Shown one piece after another: positions 58,633-60,125 of a DNA stretch of 60,125 nucleotides (position 1 is the stretch's first letter; the number at the start of each line of letters is the position of its first letter). The translations under genes were made by a program, and so were the position numbers. Location of the stretch: positions 1 through 60,125 of the forward strand of contig JBFMCP010000020.1 of assembly GCA_040754455.1 (NCBI GenBank), written 5' to 3'. The notes under the pieces are model-generated. The model saw nothing but the letters and a program-made list of their open reading frames with translations. It was not told the DNA's origin and did not search any database. The stretch comes from Nitrospirota bacterium (GTDB lineage Bacteria > Nitrospirota > Thermodesulfovibrionia > Thermodesulfovibrionales > Dissulfurispiraceae).

Positions 58633-59286
58633 ATGATCGATCTCCACACCCATAGTATATTCAGTGACGGCGAACTCATACCGGCAGAGCTCATCCGGAG
58701 AGCGGTTGCCATGGGATACGAGGCGCTCGCCATTACCGACCATTTAGACCAATCCAATATCGACCTGGTCATCCCAAGAGTGGTAAAAACAATCGATGCA
58801 CTGCGCCCGCACGTTCCCCTCGCCCTGCTCCCCGGCGCTGAAATTACCCATGTGCCGCCGCAGCTTATCCCTGACCTGATCCGCGAGGCCCGCAGGCTCG
58901 GCGCCAAGATGATCGTCGTCCACGGAGAGACCATCGTTGAGCCGGTCAGAGAGGGGACGAACAGAGCGGCCATCGAGGCAGGTGCGGACATCCTCGCCCA
59001 TCCAGGGCTGATTTCAGAGGAAGATCTCTTATTCGCGAAAGAGAGAGGGATCACCCTCGAGATATCCGCCCGAAAGGGCCATAGCCTCTCCAACGGCCAT
59101 GTTGCCAAAGGAGCGTTGCGCCTCGGCGTGCCGTTGACGATCAATACCGATGCCCACGCGCCGTCGGACCTCATAAACAGGGACTTTGCACGGCGTGTGT
59201 TGCTCTCCGCAGGAATCGATGATTCCCGGGTACCCCATATATTCGAACATTCGAGAGCGCTTGTCGAGCAGGCGCTAAGGAGGTAG
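58633..59286 (+). CDS. PHP-family phosphoesterase
   Basis: DLHTHS..SDG, ITDH, HGET, AHPG, NTDAH. Confidence 0.9.
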   Translation: MIDLHTHSIFSDGELIPAELIRRAVAMGYEALAITDHLDQSNIDLVIPRVVKTIDALRPHVPLALLPGAEITHVPPQLIPDLIREARRLGAKMIVVHGETIVEPVREGTNRAAIEAGADILAHPGLISEEDLLFAKERGITLEISARKGHSLSNGHVAKGALRLGVPLTINTDAHAPSDLINRDFARRVLLSAGIDDSRVPHIFEHSRALVEQALRR

Positions 59287-59292
59287 TTACAG

Positions 59293-59979
59293 ATGCCGAA
59301 GGTAATCAAGAAACGCATTGAAAAGAAACCCGAACACGAGGGTGATATCAGGGAGACGGTCGAGGATATACGGGAGCGGCTCAAAGAGCGGCAGAAGACC
59401 CTCGTCTATGCCCTGCTTATCTTCGGCGTGCTCGTTATCACCATCGGCGGCTTTTTCATCTATAGCAAGGTTAACACCAGCAAAGCTCTGGAGCTGCAGT
59501 ATGAAGGATATCGTTTGTTCTACGGCGACACTCAGGCTGCGCAGTTTATGACGCCTGCAGACCGCTACAAGAATGCCCTCGAGAAGTTCAAGCAGTCCTA
59601 TGCAGCAAAAAAGAACCCTGTCGTACTTCTCTACATTGCGAACAGCCACTACGAGCTTGGCAATTATGATGAAGCCATAAAATCACTGAAAGATCTCACC
59701 AGCCGTTACTCTGATCCGAAAATTGTTCCTCTTGCCTATTACAAGCTGGCGATGGCGTATATAAAAAAGGGAGATATGAACAGCGCCCTTAACACCCTGA
59801 ACAATCTCGCCAGCATCAAAGATAGCCCGCTCCAAGACATGGCGCTCTTCGAAAGCGGGAAGCTCCTCGAGGCAATGGGGAAGCCTGATGAAGCAAAGGC
59901 CAAGTATAAGGAGCTCGTCAGCAAGTTCCCCAAATCGGCCCTCGCAGATCAGGCGAAAGCCAAGCTCGAACAGTCATAG
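59293..59979 (+). CDS. membrane-anchored TPR protein (YfgM-like)
   Basis: Single N-terminal TM followed by TPR repeats. Confidence 0.8.
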   Translation: MPKVIKKRIEKKPEHEGDIRETVEDIRERLKERQKTLVYALLIFGVLVITIGGFFIYSKVNTSKALELQYEGYRLFYGDTQAAQFMTPADRYKNALEKFKQSYAAKKNPVVLLYIANSHYELGNYDEAIKSLKDLTSRYSDPKIVPLAYYKLAMAYIKKGDMNSALNTLNNLASIKDSPLQDMALFESGKLLEAMGKPDEAKAKYKELVSKFPKSALADQAKAKLEQS

Positions 59980-59996
59980 CGTAGGGTTTTCTTCGG

Positions 59997-60125
59997 TTAC
60001 TCGAAACAAATCGTTCCGAAACAGTGCGGAAGATGAAAGTTGAGCGCCTCCACCGGCGCCCATGATGCCCAGTGGGGATGTGATGTTGCATCCCCGCATT
60101 TGTAGAAATTAGCCCGCCATTCCCG
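59997..60125 (-). CDS. 3' end of a carbohydrate-binding family 9-like (DOMON-type) protein
   Basis: ...WRANFYKCGDATSHPHWASWAPVEALNFHLPHCFGTICFE*. Confidence 0.7.
   Translation of the reverse strand, partial: REWRANFYKCGDATSHPHWASWAPVEALNFHLPHCFGTICFE

Overview
Chromosomal window from a Gram-negative anaerobe. Gene content and order suggest Nitrospirota (Thermodesulfovibrionia-like) or a deltaproteobacterium-like lineage, but this is inference only. Most of it is housekeeping: ccsBA, purB, truB, lptD, folC, accD, trpA, trpB, trpB2, trpF, queF, msbA, moaA, cpoB, pal, an Smr protein, fprA and a TetR-regulated RND efflux operon. There is also a roughly 13 kb LPS core/O-antigen cluster whose 5' part is visibly AT-richer. 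The most striking system is a predicted sigma54-driven operon (10352 to 3833, minus strand). It encodes a receiver(REC)-GcvH-like fusion, a REC-NuoE/HydC fusion, a thioredoxin-like ferredoxin, a HydB/NuoF subunit with electron-bifurcation signature motifs, and a NuoG/SfrA-like subunit lacking the Mo-ligating Cys/Sec. It is followed by an output-less PAS-Cys4-GAF-GAF sensor and fdhD. Together these form a candidate phosphorylation-gated electron-bifurcating complex. A second unexplained module is a CbbQ/NorQ AAA+ ATPase with two tandem CbbO/NorD-type VWA adaptors and no Rubisco or NO-reductase client in the window. Smaller signals include a trpB that appears to start at AUU, an orphan MNT antitoxin followed by a HEPN gene collapsed to 25 codons, dispersed 7-nt-period hairpins (one of which encodes the LptD signal peptide), an in-frame palindromic element at the 5' end of the efflux outer-membrane-factor gene, and an M23 peptidase pseudogene. 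No rRNA, tRNA, CRISPR array or transposase was recognised. All calls were made by eye, without database searches.
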